Sequence record: PV764938.1
Direction: 5' to 3' (one strand)
Length of the DNA stretch: 64,000 nt
In this document: positions 17,147-26,476 of the stretch, in pieces
How the letters are laid out: each line of letters begins with the position of its first letter
How positions within the stretch are numbered: the first letter of the stretch is position 1
The notes under the pieces: generated by a model
Databases searched by the model: none
The model's input: the letters and a program-made list of their open reading frames with translations, nothing else
Told to the model about the DNA's origin: nothing
Translations under genes and position numbers: made by a program

Positions 17147-19360
17147 ATGGCTCAAGAAAAGAAATTCCGTCGCGGTACGACAGCTGAAATGGCTGCATTC
17201 ACAGGTGCCGAAGGCGAACTTACTGTCGATACAACAAAAGATACTCTTATTGTCCATGACGCTACCACAGTTGGTGGTCACGCACTGGCAAAGGAAAATC
17301 TTTCGAATGCTCCCAATTTTGGTGGAGCTTCTGCTGGTTCTGCCGGAACCGCAGGTAAAGTCCCGGCTCCCGCTGCCGGTGATCAGAACAAGGCACTTTA
17401 CGGTGATGGTACTTGGAAGACAGTTGATGCTGCTCCGACCGATGCCCAAATTGAAACAGCTTATAACAATCGAGTAGCAAAAGTATCCGGCGGTGAAATC
17501 ACTGCTGGTACAGAAACTACTGTTCGTCGTTATTCTCCCGCAGACATTGTTGCAATTGTTGCCGCACACGAAACAACTGGTGATGTTGGTCCTGCCGGTA
17601 AATCCGCATATGAAGTTGCCGTAGATGAAGGCTTTGTTGGTGATGAAACTGCTTGGCTTGCTTCGCTTGTTGGCGCTGATGGTCCACAGGGGCCAATCGG
17701 TGCTCCAGGTACGGACGGAACAGACGGCACAAACGGAACAGACGGCGCTGCTGGTGCAGATGGTCAATCCGCATATGCTCTTGCAGTAGAGCTTGGTTTT
17801 GTTGGAGATGAGGCTGCATGGCTTGCAAGTCTTGTAGGTCCTGAAGGTGCTGAGGGTCCACAAGGCCCGGCTGGTAACGATGGTGCACCTGGCACTCCAG
17901 GTGCTGCTGGTGCTGACGGTGAAGATGGTGCTACTGGTGCCACAGGTAAGTCCGCATACACAAGCGCCGTAGAAGGTGGCTTCGTAGGTACTGAAGCAGA
18001 ATGGATTGCTTCACTCAAGGGCGCAACTGGTGACCAAGGTATTCAGGGCGTTAAGGGTGACACTGGTGATGCTGGCGCAGACGGAGCAACAGGTGCTACC
18101 GGTGCTGATGGAAAGTCGGCGTATCAGGTTGCTGTTGATGAAGGATTCGTTGGTGACGAAGCAGCTTGGTTGGCCTCGCTCGTTGGTCCTCAAGGTACCG
18201 CAGGCGCAGATGGCGATGATGGTGCTCCAGGAGCGGCAGGAGCCGACGGCGTTGATGGTCGTACAATCCTAAGCGGTACAACCGCTCCTGGTGCGGGTCT
18301 AGGTAATGATGGTGATTTCTACATCGATACTGTCGCGCATAACCTGTATGGTCCTAAAACAACTGGAGCTTGGGGTTCTGCTACTTCGCTAGTAGGTCCA
18401 CAGGGAACTGCTGGTGCAGATGGTACGGACGGAACTGATGGCGTTGATGGCTTGATGATTCGCACAGGCACAGGCGCACCCGCAGGTGGCCTCGGTAATG
18501 ATGGCGACTTCTATATCGACACTGCAACTCATGAAATCTACGGCCCGAAGACAACAGGCGCTTGGGGCTCTGCAACATCGTTGGTCGGTCCTGCCGGCTC
18601 TGATGGTACTGACGGAACAGATGGTACAAACGGAACTAACGGCAAGACAATCATTACGGGAACTGTTGCTCCGACAACTGAAGGCGTAGATGGCGACATT
18701 TACATCAACACGGCAACAAGCACACTTTACGGTCCCAAGACTTCGGGTGTATGGGGTGCGGGAACTTCGTTGATTGGCCCTCAGGGCACAGCCGGCACGA
18801 ACGGTCAGGGTGTTCCAACTGGTGGTACAGTAACACAGATCCTTGTGAAGAACTCGTCTACCGACTATGACACAGCTTGGGCAAATGCTCCGGAAGTCGG
18901 TGTAACAAGCACAGACTCCTCGACCGTTGATTTCTCTGGTCTTGGTACTTCTGCAAGCGCATTGACTGCAAGTGTAAAACGTTCCACAACAATTGCTGGT
19001 AACCTAATTACTGCGGAAACAGATGGTCTTTCGGTATCCCCGCTAGTAACGATCATCGCTGAATCCACAACAAACAGAAACATTCTTGCTTCGGATGCTT
19101 ATGCAAAGTATATCCGTTTCACCAATGCTTCTGCTAAGACGATTACAGCTCAACCAAACGCTACAACAGCGATCCCAGTTGGCTCGGTTATTGTTTTCAT
19201 AAATATCGGAGCAGGCAACTTGACGATTACGCCAGGTGCAGCCGTAACAATTAACAAACCATCGACACAGACTTTTGTGTTGGGTCAATACGCAAGCGCG
19301 ACCCTGACAAAGGTTGGTACAGACGAATGGGATCTAGCAGGTGGCATGGCCAACGCATAA
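17147..19360 (+). CDS. Collagen-like long tail fibre/whisker
   Basis: Mtd-N-like N-terminus, G-X-Y tracts, four GxSAYxxAVxxGFVGxExxWxASLxG and three DGDxYIxTxxxxxYGPKTxGxWG modules; C-terminal domain shared with 16475. Confidence 0.85.
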   Translation: MAQEKKFRRGTTAEMAAFTGAEGELTVDTTKDTLIVHDATTVGGHALAKENLSNAPNFGGASAGSAGTAGKVPAPAAGDQNKALYGDGTWKTVDAAPTDAQIETAYNNRVAKVSGGEITAGTETTVRRYSPADIVAIVAAHETTGDVGPAGKSAYEVAVDEGFVGDETAWLASLVGADGPQGPIGAPGTDGTDGTNGTDGAAGADGQSAYALAVELGFVGDEAAWLASLVGPEGAEGPQGPAGNDGAPGTPGAAGADGEDGATGATGKSAYTSAVEGGFVGTEAEWIASLKGATGDQGIQGVKGDTGDAGADGATGATGADGKSAYQVAVDEGFVGDEAAWLASLVGPQGTAGADGDDGAPGAAGADGVDGRTILSGTTAPGAGLGNDGDFYIDTVAHNLYGPKTTGAWGSATSLVGPQGTAGADGTDGTDGVDGLMIRTGTGAPAGGLGNDGDFYIDTATHEIYGPKTTGAWGSATSLVGPAGSDGTDGTDGTNGTNGKTIITGTVAPTTEGVDGDIYINTATSTLYGPKTSGVWGAGTSLIGPQGTAGTNGQGVPTGGTVTQILVKNSSTDYDTAWANAPEVGVTSTDSSTVDFSGLGTSASALTASVKRSTTIAGNLITAETDGLSVSPLVTIIAESTTNRNILASDAYAKYIRFTNASAKTITAQPNATTAIPVGSVIVFINIGAGNLTITPGAAVTINKPSTQTFVLGQYASATLTKVGTDEWDLAGGMANA

Positions 19361-19878
19361 TGAGACACTTCGGTCATAGTATCGGAATCGCGGCTTTAAG
19401 CAGACCCCAGGCAACTGTGCCTGGGGCTGTTCGTTATTGGCGTATATTCTTCACTGAATCAAACGACGTTCCGTTCCAAAACAAATACATCACCATTGCT
19501 GAAATTCAGTTTAGACAAACTGTTGGAACACCTGCAACGATGCCCGGGACAGGAACAGCGTCGGCAAGTTCTTATTTCATTGATGCCGGAACCCATTATA
19601 CACCAGCAAATGGTGCAGATGGTAACTCAACCTCTTATTGGGTTACTGGTGCAGGTCAATTCGTCAACAGCTGGTGGCAATTTACGTTCAATTCGCCCGT
19701 GCTGATCAAACAATATACGATTCAGATATCACCTGGTGCAGCTGGACCACAACAGGCTCCCAAAGCCTTCCGTTTGCAATACTCATCGGACGGTGTATCA
19801 GGTTGGACAGACGTACAATCCGCTACAAACCAGATAAATTGGACTGCATCGGAAACCCGTACGTATACGGTGCCTTAA
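19360..19878 (+). CDS. Discoidin/F5-8 type C-like carbohydrate-binding protein
   Basis: RYWRIFF...IAEIQF...ASASS...WWQFTF...PKAFRLQYSSDGVSGWTDV; coupled (TAATG) to the fibre gene. Confidence 0.7.
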   Translation: MRHFGHSIGIAALSRPQATVPGAVRYWRIFFTESNDVPFQNKYITIAEIQFRQTVGTPATMPGTGTASASSYFIDAGTHYTPANGADGNSTSYWVTGAGQFVNSWWQFTFNSPVLIKQYTIQISPGAAGPQQAPKAFRLQYSSDGVSGWTDVQSATNQINWTASETRTYTVP

Positions 19879-20327
19879 CCCATACGGTATTGTCCAATAA
19901 AGTGAAACACCATATCCTCTAGATTCGACCAGATTCTCATGTCTGGTCGTTCTAGTCTCGACTGCACGATAACATCGAGTCGACGCTGATATTCCGGATG
20001 AGTTCCAACGACCAGCTTCTTGTCGGAGACCAAAAACTTACCGAGTTCCAGCAATGTGATCGGGCACAAAGTCTCCGAAGGGAACCAAAACAGGATCGTC
20101 TCAGATTTCTTCAGATGATCGTGTTCCCAGATGATCTGCTTCTTGCTTTCCTCATCACTGCCTTCCATGTTCCAAGCAGTACGACGCGGATTGAAGATCG
20201 TCAGATTGGTCAGCTCGTTGAGTTGAGCCGCAACTGGAGCCTGCCAGTCCGGGCAATTGGTGATACCGCCGGCCAGAAAGATCGTACGGGTGGTTTGTTC
20301 GGATACTTCCGGAGATATAATAATCAT
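19875..20327 (-). CDS. Nucleoside 2-deoxyribosyltransferase-like protein
   Basis: TIFLAGGITNCPDWQ...IFNPRR...QIIWEHDHL...ILFWFP..TLCPITLLELG. Confidence 0.8.
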   Translation of the reverse strand: MIIISPEVSEQTTRTIFLAGGITNCPDWQAPVAAQLNELTNLTIFNPRRTAWNMEGSDEESKKQIIWEHDHLKKSETILFWFPSETLCPITLLELGKFLVSDKKLVVGTHPEYQRRLDVIVQSRLERPDMRIWSNLEDMVFHFIGQYRMG

Positions 20328-20773
20328 TATCGTGCCTTTGTGGCAATCTCAACGATCGTGTTGATCATTTGAGTCATCACTTCGCTTGTGTAGGATTCGT
20401 AAGTGAAATCACTCGGTTCGTGGTCGACAAAGCTATGGTAACCATGTCCCTTTATTTGAATCAAATGCCTTGTGCGTTCATACTTACTTGTGGATTCGGG
20501 ACGAAACACAATGGCAAGGGATTTCAGCTTGAGTTGGTATACCTCATGAAGTTTCGAGTCGAACAAAACTTCCGCAAGAATACGTTGGGTCATAGCATAG
20601 TTATCAGCAAACCCAATTCTTGTTTCGACCCGTGAGTTGGGTAGATTGCCCTCGAGATACCACGTTAGCTCTCGCCCATTGATACTCGGGATAGACCGTT
20701 CCCCCAGAACAATATCTGGGTCCGTATACATACGGCGCGCCCAAAGCTTTTGTTCCAGGGGAATAGTCAACAT
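20327..20773 (-). CDS. Hypothetical protein
   Basis: 148-aa ORF coupled to both neighbours. Confidence 0.6.
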   Translation of the reverse strand: MLTIPLEQKLWARRMYTDPDIVLGERSIPSINGRELTWYLEGNLPNSRVETRIGFADNYAMTQRILAEVLFDSKLHEVYQLKLKSLAIVFRPESTSKYERTRHLIQIKGHGYHSFVDHEPSDFTYESYTSEVMTQMINTIVEIATKAR

Positions 20774-21420
20774 TATGCGGTTACCTTGATGCTCTTGCCT
20801 TCGTAGTCTTCACGCACGACTTCGTCGATGGTGCGGACAATACCACGGGTCAGACGGCGCGGAACTTCGACGTTGAAGCCGCGTGCGAGGAAGCCATCAG
20901 CAGCCCACTTCACACAGAAGTCAGCGGCCACGCCGATGATCACGACATCACGCACGCCATCCTCGAGCAGCGATTCGAAGAACGCATCGCGATCGTTCTC
21001 GAAAGCCAGCGGTCGACCATCGAGGCCCTTAACGAGGACCGAATCCTCTTCCCACATGTTGAAGACGCCCTTCTCCAGGGTAACGACTTCGATGCGGCCG
21101 TCGACGAGTTCCTTGTTATAGACGTTCTGCCAGCCCGGGGTCTTGTAGACGCAGTGGATCGGGAACTGCTTCGCTTCTTCCGAACCTTCATAGGTTTCCT
21201 TGTGGTGCGTATCGAAAGTGAACAGCACGCCGGCAGTTTCCTCGGGGGTCAGACCGTAGAGGTATTGGATTGTCGGTAGGACCGTCGACTGAGCATCCGA
21301 CACGTAGAGGGCGCCGTCTGGCATAACGAAGTCATACTGGGTGTCGATGACAACGACGAACTTCTTGGGCTTGGTGTTGTCGTCCATTGCGAGAACTGCA
21401 TTTACGAGTTCAGTGTCCAT
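20773..21420 (-). CDS. pncA: Nicotinamidase (isochorismatase fold)
   Basis: VVIDTQYDF..PDGALYV, TFDTH, FPIHC, EKG, IGVAADFCV (Asp-Lys-Cys triad). Confidence 0.9.
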   Translation of the reverse strand: MDTELVNAVLAMDDNTKPKKFVVVIDTQYDFVMPDGALYVSDAQSTVLPTIQYLYGLTPEETAGVLFTFDTHHKETYEGSEEAKQFPIHCVYKTPGWQNVYNKELVDGRIEVVTLEKGVFNMWEEDSVLVKGLDGRPLAFENDRDAFFESLLEDGVRDVVIIGVAADFCVKWAADGFLARGFNVEVPRRLTRGIVRTIDEVVREDYEGKSIKVTA

Positions 21421-21430
21421 TGTATTCTCC

Positions 21431-22027
21431 TTAGAGTTTTACCTTAAACGATTCCGGATAGGTGGATTCAATAAAGTCATGATTGACTGCAGGAACCCAA
21501 CGCTTCCATTCGTCGCTTCGGGTGGCCAAGTATGTACGGATTTCAGTGGCGCTCGGAAAGACGTTCTCTGAGCGGTCAATGATATGCAAGCGACGAAGCA
21601 CACCATTCTTCGTAAAATACTTGGATTCATTCTCGCGAGTGGCGAGAACTTTGTCTGTTGGATCACCGAACCAGAACATACCCTTGTACCACATTGCGTC
21701 GGCATGTGAACCAGTGAAATAGTCGGTGATCTCCGGAAGCTTCATGCCTTCCGCTTTGCTCAACACGTATTCGCACCACGTATTGGCGCCCTGTTCTGCA
21801 CCAATGTCCTGTAGGGGAATAATGCGAACACGATTCCCATAGACGTTGCGGAGCATTTCCTGACGATGAACTTGTGTCCAGGGATTGGCCGGCTCATTGT
21901 GGCGACCAGTCGATCCCAGACCAACAGACCAGGTCGAGAAATTCTCGTTCATCTGGTTCATCGTGTGGGTGTGGCCCTTGTGCAGGGGTTGAATTCTGAA
22001 AACGCCGTGTGCGTGACGTTCATCCAT
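21431..22027 (-). CDS. nadM: NMN/NaMN adenylyltransferase, NadM type
   Basis: FRIQPLHKGH (HxGH), GLGS, NPWT...RQEML, IPLQD, SATEIR; ATG at 22027 follows the Nudix stop. Confidence 0.85.
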   Translation of the reverse strand: MDERHAHGVFRIQPLHKGHTHTMNQMNENFSTWSVGLGSTGRHNEPANPWTQVHRQEMLRNVYGNRVRIIPLQDIGAEQGANTWCEYVLSKAEGMKLPEITDYFTGSHADAMWYKGMFWFGDPTDKVLATRENESKYFTKNGVLRRLHIIDRSENVFPSATEIRTYLATRSDEWKRWVPAVNHDFIESTYPESFKVKL

Positions 22028-22028
22028 C

Positions 22029-22670
22029 TTATTCGTCCTCGTCAGTACCCGGATACTTCCGTTCAGCCACTTCGAAAACCTTACGGAAGATTTCGTTGTG
22101 GTTGAAGGCCAGGGTATGATTGTGTACGTCATACACGGATTCGACCAGCAGTTCCTCGAGGTCGTCGCCGGCTTTCGCTTCGGTGATCGCATTGTTGTCG
22201 AGCATCACGAAGTAGCAGACGTTGACGACATGAGCACGCGGGTCGGTGTCCGGATTGCTGTGAACATGTGCGAGTTCCAGCTGATCTTCGGTGACCACCA
22301 GACCAGTTTCCTCGAAAATTTCACGAATTGCAGTCTGCTCGATGGTCTCGCCGGGCTTGATCAGCTTGTTGATTTCGGCTTGCTCTTCGGCGCCCAACAT
22401 TCCGTGTTCGGGCTCGATGAACTTGGAAAGGAACCAGTTCTTGATCGTGTAGAACACATCGCCGACCGTGGCGAAGATATCCTTTTCATCGACCTTCGCA
22501 TCGAGAAAACCGCCGGGAACACAAAGGAAGCCCGAGTACGCGCCATCCTTCCGTCCACGCCGCCCGAGAATAACGCGATCAGCGTTGGAGTTCCACGAGG
22601 ACTTGACCAGCAGAACGATCGTTGCGGTCACCGAGGGACGGGGGAAATCATAAACGTACTTGATCTTCAT
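22029..22670 (-). CDS. Nudix hydrolase (probable ADP-ribose pyrophosphatase)
   Basis: PRPSVTA, VPGGF, Nudix box GETIEQTAIREIFEETGL, DPRAHVV, AGDD, LAFNH; about 45-aa insertion before the box. Confidence 0.85.
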   Translation of the reverse strand: MKIKYVYDFPRPSVTATIVLLVKSSWNSNADRVILGRRGRKDGAYSGFLCVPGGFLDAKVDEKDIFATVGDVFYTIKNWFLSKFIEPEHGMLGAEEQAEINKLIKPGETIEQTAIREIFEETGLVVTEDQLELAHVHSNPDTDPRAHVVNVCYFVMLDNNAITEAKAGDDLEELLVESVYDVHNHTLAFNHNEIFRKVFEVAERKYPGTDEDE

Positions 22671-22691
22671 TTGTTGTCTCCTGTTTCTGGT

Positions 22692-22719
22692 ACATTAGCA
22701 CCAGAATCTATTGTGTCAA
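22692..22719 (-). promoter_or_regulatory. Sigma70-type promoter for nudix-nadM-pncA
   Basis: TTGACA-N16-TAATGT on minus strand, followed by AGGAG RBS. Confidence 0.7.
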
Positions 22720-22895
22720 CGCGCTTCGACGACTCTAAGCCTGTGAAGTGCATTGTCAACGTTCAGCCACATTTTTGCCTTCCAGGTGTCAACGGCATCC
22801 TGCCGGTTTGCAAATGGGCCGTATTCTTCGCGCTTGTCTTCATCCACCTTAGTGAATGTAAGATCCGTATGAACTCCACCTACGACTTTGAACAT
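22716..22895 (-). CDS. DUF4170-like small protein
   Basis: MFKVVGGVHTDLTF...EEYGPF...W...VDNA; AAGGAG RBS. Confidence 0.55.
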   Translation of the reverse strand: MFKVVGGVHTDLTFTKVDEDKREEYGPFANRQDAVDTWKAKMWLNVDNALHRLRVVEAR

Positions 22896-22905
22896 TTTGT
22901 TCTCC

Positions 22906-23154
22906 TTATATGCGTTCAAGCGTGTTGTAGTCGAAAGTGAACCCCGCAAATGAGGGTTCACTGGTAGTCAAAAGTATGCGAGTAGCCTGTAGCGGTGGGT
23001 CACCGAGGAGGGAAAATGGAGCCGCCGCATAAAGGTCCTTTGCTACTCTCGCAGCTTCTTCCGGTGTATCAACCTCAATCACCTCTGGATATTCGGGCGG
23101 TCGCGGCGAATAGCTACCAACTTCCAGGATATATCCGAAACGATATTTTGGCAT
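22906..23154 (-). CDS. Hypothetical protein
   Basis: 82-aa ORF coupled to the upstream gene. Confidence 0.5.
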   Translation of the reverse strand: MPKYRFGYILEVGSYSPRPPEYPEVIEVDTPEEAARVAKDLYAAAPFSLLGDPPLQATRILLTTSEPSFAGFTFDYNTLERI

Positions 23155-23456
23155 TACAATTGCAATCCTTCTGCGGTGCCCAGCACGTTGATCTTGCCTT
23201 CCTTGACCAGTTTGAGTATCTCGTCCAAAGTGAAGGAAGCATCGTACTCGCCTTCACCTTCTTCTTCATCGAGCCGGTCGAACTCTTCGCGTTCTTCGTC
23301 GGTGAGATTGAGAAGTTCCTTGATCACCAAGGGCTTCCAATCCATATCACCGAGGCTACCAGTAGTATTAGACAACCTGTCCCACTCGGCCTGGTCGACC
23401 ATGTAGAAGGTCATGTAATCGTCCCAGAGGCCAATCAAGAAAACGTCGTGTGCCAT
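23154..23456 (-). CDS. Hypothetical acidic protein
   Basis: GGGAG RBS before MAHDVFL. Confidence 0.6.
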   Translation of the reverse strand: MAHDVFLIGLWDDYMTFYMVDQAEWDRLSNTTGSLGDMDWKPLVIKELLNLTDEEREEFDRLDEEEGEGEYDASFTLDEILKLVKEGKINVLGTAEGLQL

Positions 23457-23460
23457 TGCT

Positions 23461-23712
23461 TCACTCCCACGAAGACCAGCAAGCTTGTTCGCCGGCGATT
23501 TCAATTTGGAAACGCGTCACGTAAGCGAGAAGATCAGTTACCTTCCCGAACTGCGCCTTCTCGCTTGCGCAGACGATGGGATCGACATCCTGGTCAAGCC
23601 AGCCGTTTTCGTTGAGCTGTTCATGCACGATGTCCCAAGTGTCCTTATCGATGAGCCGATAGTGGGCACTTGCGTCTTCGCGAGAATGTTCGATGAGAAG
23701 GTATGCTACCAT
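23461..23712 (-). CDS. Hypothetical protein
   Basis: 83 aa, GAGGA RBS, weak resemblance to the next gene. Confidence 0.6.
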   Translation of the reverse strand: MVAYLLIEHSREDASAHYRLIDKDTWDIVHEQLNENGWLDQDVDPIVCASEKAQFGKVTDLLAYVTRFQIEIAGEQACWSSWE

Positions 23713-23719
23713 TTGTTCC

Positions 23720-25042
23720 TCACACGGTTACTGGTGCATTTTCGACACCAGCGGTTCCGAAAACTCGGCGGTAACGCTCGATTTGTTCAGGCGTACCCGT
23801 TGCTTTCGTATAATTGTCGGACAGCTTGACAGCCGGACGACCAGCAGCTTCCTTGACCTTGCAGACCAACGAAATCGGAGCCAGTGCAGCTTCGGCTTCC
23901 TCATTGGGGTGGCAACCCCTGAAGTCGTTGGTCAGGAGCGTGCCCCAGCCAAAGCCGACGCGCATCTTGCCGCGGAATTCATTTGCGAGTTCCACAATGT
24001 TGTGGGCATCGAGACCGTCCGAGAACAGCCCAAGCTTGGTCGTCGGATCAACATCCTTGGACTTCCACCATTCGATTGTTTCGTAACCCGCAGTGACCGG
24101 ATCCTTCGAATCGTAACGGAAGCCGGTCCAGTCAGCGAGCCATTCCGGCGCATCCTGCAGGAACTGTGTCGTGCCGTAAGTGTCGGGCAGGGCGATCAAA
24201 AGCGCACCCGAGTAGGTGTTCGCCCACTTGATCAACACATCGTATTGTGCCTGCTTGAGGTCTTCGTCATTTTCGGCGAGCGTCGATAAAACCATCGGCA
24301 GTTCGTGTGCGTTGGTGCCCTTGGCTTCCAGATCGTGCTTCATAGCCAGGTAAGCGTTGGACGTGCCTGTGAACTTGTTGCCGAGTGCAGCCTTTGCCGC
24401 AGTCACTGCCCATTCCTGCCAGAGGAAGCTGTGACGACGACGTGTACCGAAGTCCGTGAGGTTCAAGTCGGGTACTTCGCGCAGAAGCTTGAACTTGTCC
24501 CAGAGCTTGGTCTTGGCACGTGCATACATGATATCGAGATCGAACTCGCTCATGTTGCTCATTGCTTTGCGATTGCGCAGTTCGTTGACCACGCTGAGCG
24601 CATAGATTTCCCAGAGCGTAACTTCGAGCCATGTGCCGCCGAATTCGACTTCGATTTCCGAGCCATCCTTGGTCGTGTTTTTACGCAAGGTGAACGATGG
24701 CAGCCGGAAAGTACGGAGATAGTCGATGAACTCGGGTTCGAACATTCCGCGCTTACCGTAGAACGTGTTACCCTGGAGCCAGATCAACTCCGAATTGGTG
24801 AAGCGGAGATTCTGCACGAATTCCAGCTGCTTGCTGAGCTCGTCGAAATCAACTTCATCGCCCAGCTTTACCGACTTGGTGCGGTTCTTCATTGCGAAGA
24901 CGACGGGAATATCCGCGTAGTGCTTGAAGATGAACTGCATCATCAGCAGCTTGTAGAAGTCCGTATCCAGGAGAGAGCGGACGATCGGATCCAGCCGATA
25001 GTTGTGATTGTGAACGCGCTGTGCGATATTGACCATGCTCAT
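23720..25042 (-). CDS. pncB: Nicotinate phosphoribosyltransferase
   Basis: SLLDTDFYKLLM, DFGTRRRHS, GTSN, GTNAHE (phospho-His), LPDTYGT, SDGLD, FGWGTLLTND, KLSDNYTKATG. Confidence 0.95.
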   Translation of the reverse strand: MSMVNIAQRVHNHNYRLDPIVRSLLDTDFYKLLMMQFIFKHYADIPVVFAMKNRTKSVKLGDEVDFDELSKQLEFVQNLRFTNSELIWLQGNTFYGKRGMFEPEFIDYLRTFRLPSFTLRKNTTKDGSEIEVEFGGTWLEVTLWEIYALSVVNELRNRKAMSNMSEFDLDIMYARAKTKLWDKFKLLREVPDLNLTDFGTRRRHSFLWQEWAVTAAKAALGNKFTGTSNAYLAMKHDLEAKGTNAHELPMVLSTLAENDEDLKQAQYDVLIKWANTYSGALLIALPDTYGTTQFLQDAPEWLADWTGFRYDSKDPVTAGYETIEWWKSKDVDPTTKLGLFSDGLDAHNIVELANEFRGKMRVGFGWGTLLTNDFRGCHPNEEAEAALAPISLVCKVKEAAGRPAVKLSDNYTKATGTPEQIERYRRVFGTAGVENAPVTV

Positions 25043-25248
25043 TTGCTTCTCTCCATACGTTTCGCCAGGCGTTCCGCTTCCTTAGCGCGCCATTCCCGGC
25101 TACTCTTACTTGCATTCAGGACATGAAGCAACCGAACAGGCAGTAAACGGTTAACAAAAATGTTGAACTCCATGAACCTGCGTTGTGCGGGTCTCGACCA
25201 TCTATTGGGATCGAACATCACAACCGGGTTTTGGTAATGCTTTGCCAT
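25039..25248 (-). CDS. Hypothetical protein
   Basis: 69 aa, overlaps the pncB start (ATGA). Confidence 0.5.
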   Translation of the reverse strand: MAKHYQNPVVMFDPNRWSRPAQRRFMEFNIFVNRLLPVRLLHVLNASKSSREWRAKEAERLAKRMERSK

Positions 25249-25254
25249 GTGGCC

Positions 25255-25584
25255 TCAAATGTAATTTCGGCAGCCGAACTGTTCGCTTTTGGTGTATTCG
25301 GCATGTTCTCGAATGAAGTTGAACACGTCGACTACAAAGTCGTTGGTGCCTTCGATGCCAATGTAGCTGGCATATCCAATTTCGGTTTCACGGCCACCGT
25401 CATGATACAGACCAGTGATCGGATTGTTGGCCGTGATGATGAGATCCTTTTCACCTTCGATGGTTGAGTAGCGATACCACTCCCAACCATCGTCGGTCAG
25501 CTCGCACGTAAGATCGTGGCGATCGATTAGCTCTTGCCAAACCGATGCCGAGATCTCCGTGAGGTCGAAGCCGGCTTGTGTCAT
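25255..25584 (-). CDS. Hypothetical protein
   Basis: 109 aa, coupled to the nadE stop (TAATG). Confidence 0.6.
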   Translation of the reverse strand: MTQAGFDLTEISASVWQELIDRHDLTCELTDDGWEWYRYSTIEGEKDLIITANNPITGLYHDGGRETEIGYASYIGIEGTNDFVVDVFNFIREHAEYTKSEQFGCRNYI

Positions 25585-26414
25585 TACGCGGCCGGACCGT
25601 AGGGAAGATCCCGCTTGTGCTGAGTCTTCAAGTAGGTCTCGATGATCTTTTCGGCCGCCGCAGCATCGATGGTCTTGCCTTCGAGGAAGTCATCGATTTG
25701 ATCATACGTTACACCATGTGCGACTTCATCCGGTAGGCCCGGATTATCGGTTTCAAGATCCGCAGTTGGAACCTTGTAGACCAGCGATTCAGGAGCCGCC
25801 ATGCGCGAAGCAAGTGCGCGAACCTGGCGCTTATTGAGGCCGGTGAGTGGGAGAATGTCGGCAGCACCGTCACCGAACTTCGTATAGAAGCCCATGATCG
25901 CTTCAGCGCAGTGGTCGGTACCGATGACCAGACCCTTTGTTTCGCCGGCGATCGCGTATTGTGCGATCATGCGAGCACGCGCCTTGATGTTGCCCTTGTT
26001 GAAGTCAGTCACGCCACCGAGAGCATCTGCCATCGCATCGACCGATGCCTTGATGTTAACGGTCTTGATCACATCGGGATTGATAGTTTCCAGCGAGAGC
26101 TGAGCTTCTGCTTCATCACGCTGCTCGCCATATGGGAGACGAACCGCGATGAATTGCGCGTCGTAGCCAGTTTCGCGAATGCGATTGACTGCCCACTGTG
26201 CAAGCAGACCCGCTGTAAGCGAATCAACGCCGCCGCTGATGCCGAGAACTAGCGAGCGTGTGCCAGTTGTACGAAGATAGTTTTGGAGAAAGTTGACTCG
26301 ACGTTCGATTTCAACATCGACATCAAAGTCGACGCCCATGCCGAGATCGTTGATAATTTCGAATTGAATGGGGAGAGTATTGTCAGCACGGCTGACGGCT
26401 TCAGTATGTGTCAT
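25584..26414 (-). CDS. nadE: Ammonia-dependent NAD+ synthetase
   Basis: [54 protein letters not shown]...[13 protein letters not shown]. Confidence 0.95.
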   Translation of the reverse strand: MTHTEAVSRADNTLPIQFEIINDLGMGVDFDVDVEIERRVNFLQNYLRTTGTRSLVLGISGGVDSLTAGLLAQWAVNRIRETGYDAQFIAVRLPYGEQRDEAEAQLSLETINPDVIKTVNIKASVDAMADALGGVTDFNKGNIKARARMIAQYAIAGETKGLVIGTDHCAEAIMGFYTKFGDGAADILPLTGLNKRQVRALASRMAAPESLVYKVPTADLETDNPGLPDEVAHGVTYDQIDDFLEGKTIDAAAAEKIIETYLKTQHKRDLPYGPAA

Positions 26415-26476
26415 GATCCTCACCTTAATGGGTCATTTATGCCGCTTGGTGTAATGGGCGACCAGAGGATCGTTCC

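Noticed and set aside
17580-18800. DNA repeats or CRISPR-like array
   Set aside because: The repeats are degenerate coding repeats of collagen and fibre modules, with third-position variation and no constant repeat-spacer pattern.
16475-19360. Diversity-generating retroelement suggested by Mtd-N-like domains
   Set aside because: No reverse transcriptase and no template/variable repeat pair with adenine-specific mismatches was seen in the window.
23720-25042. NadV/Nampt (which would make the cluster NARP2)
   Set aside because: Motifs (TDFYKLLM, DFGTRRRHS, GTNAHE, KLSDN) are PncB-type, and co-encoded pncA and nadE fit the deamidated route.
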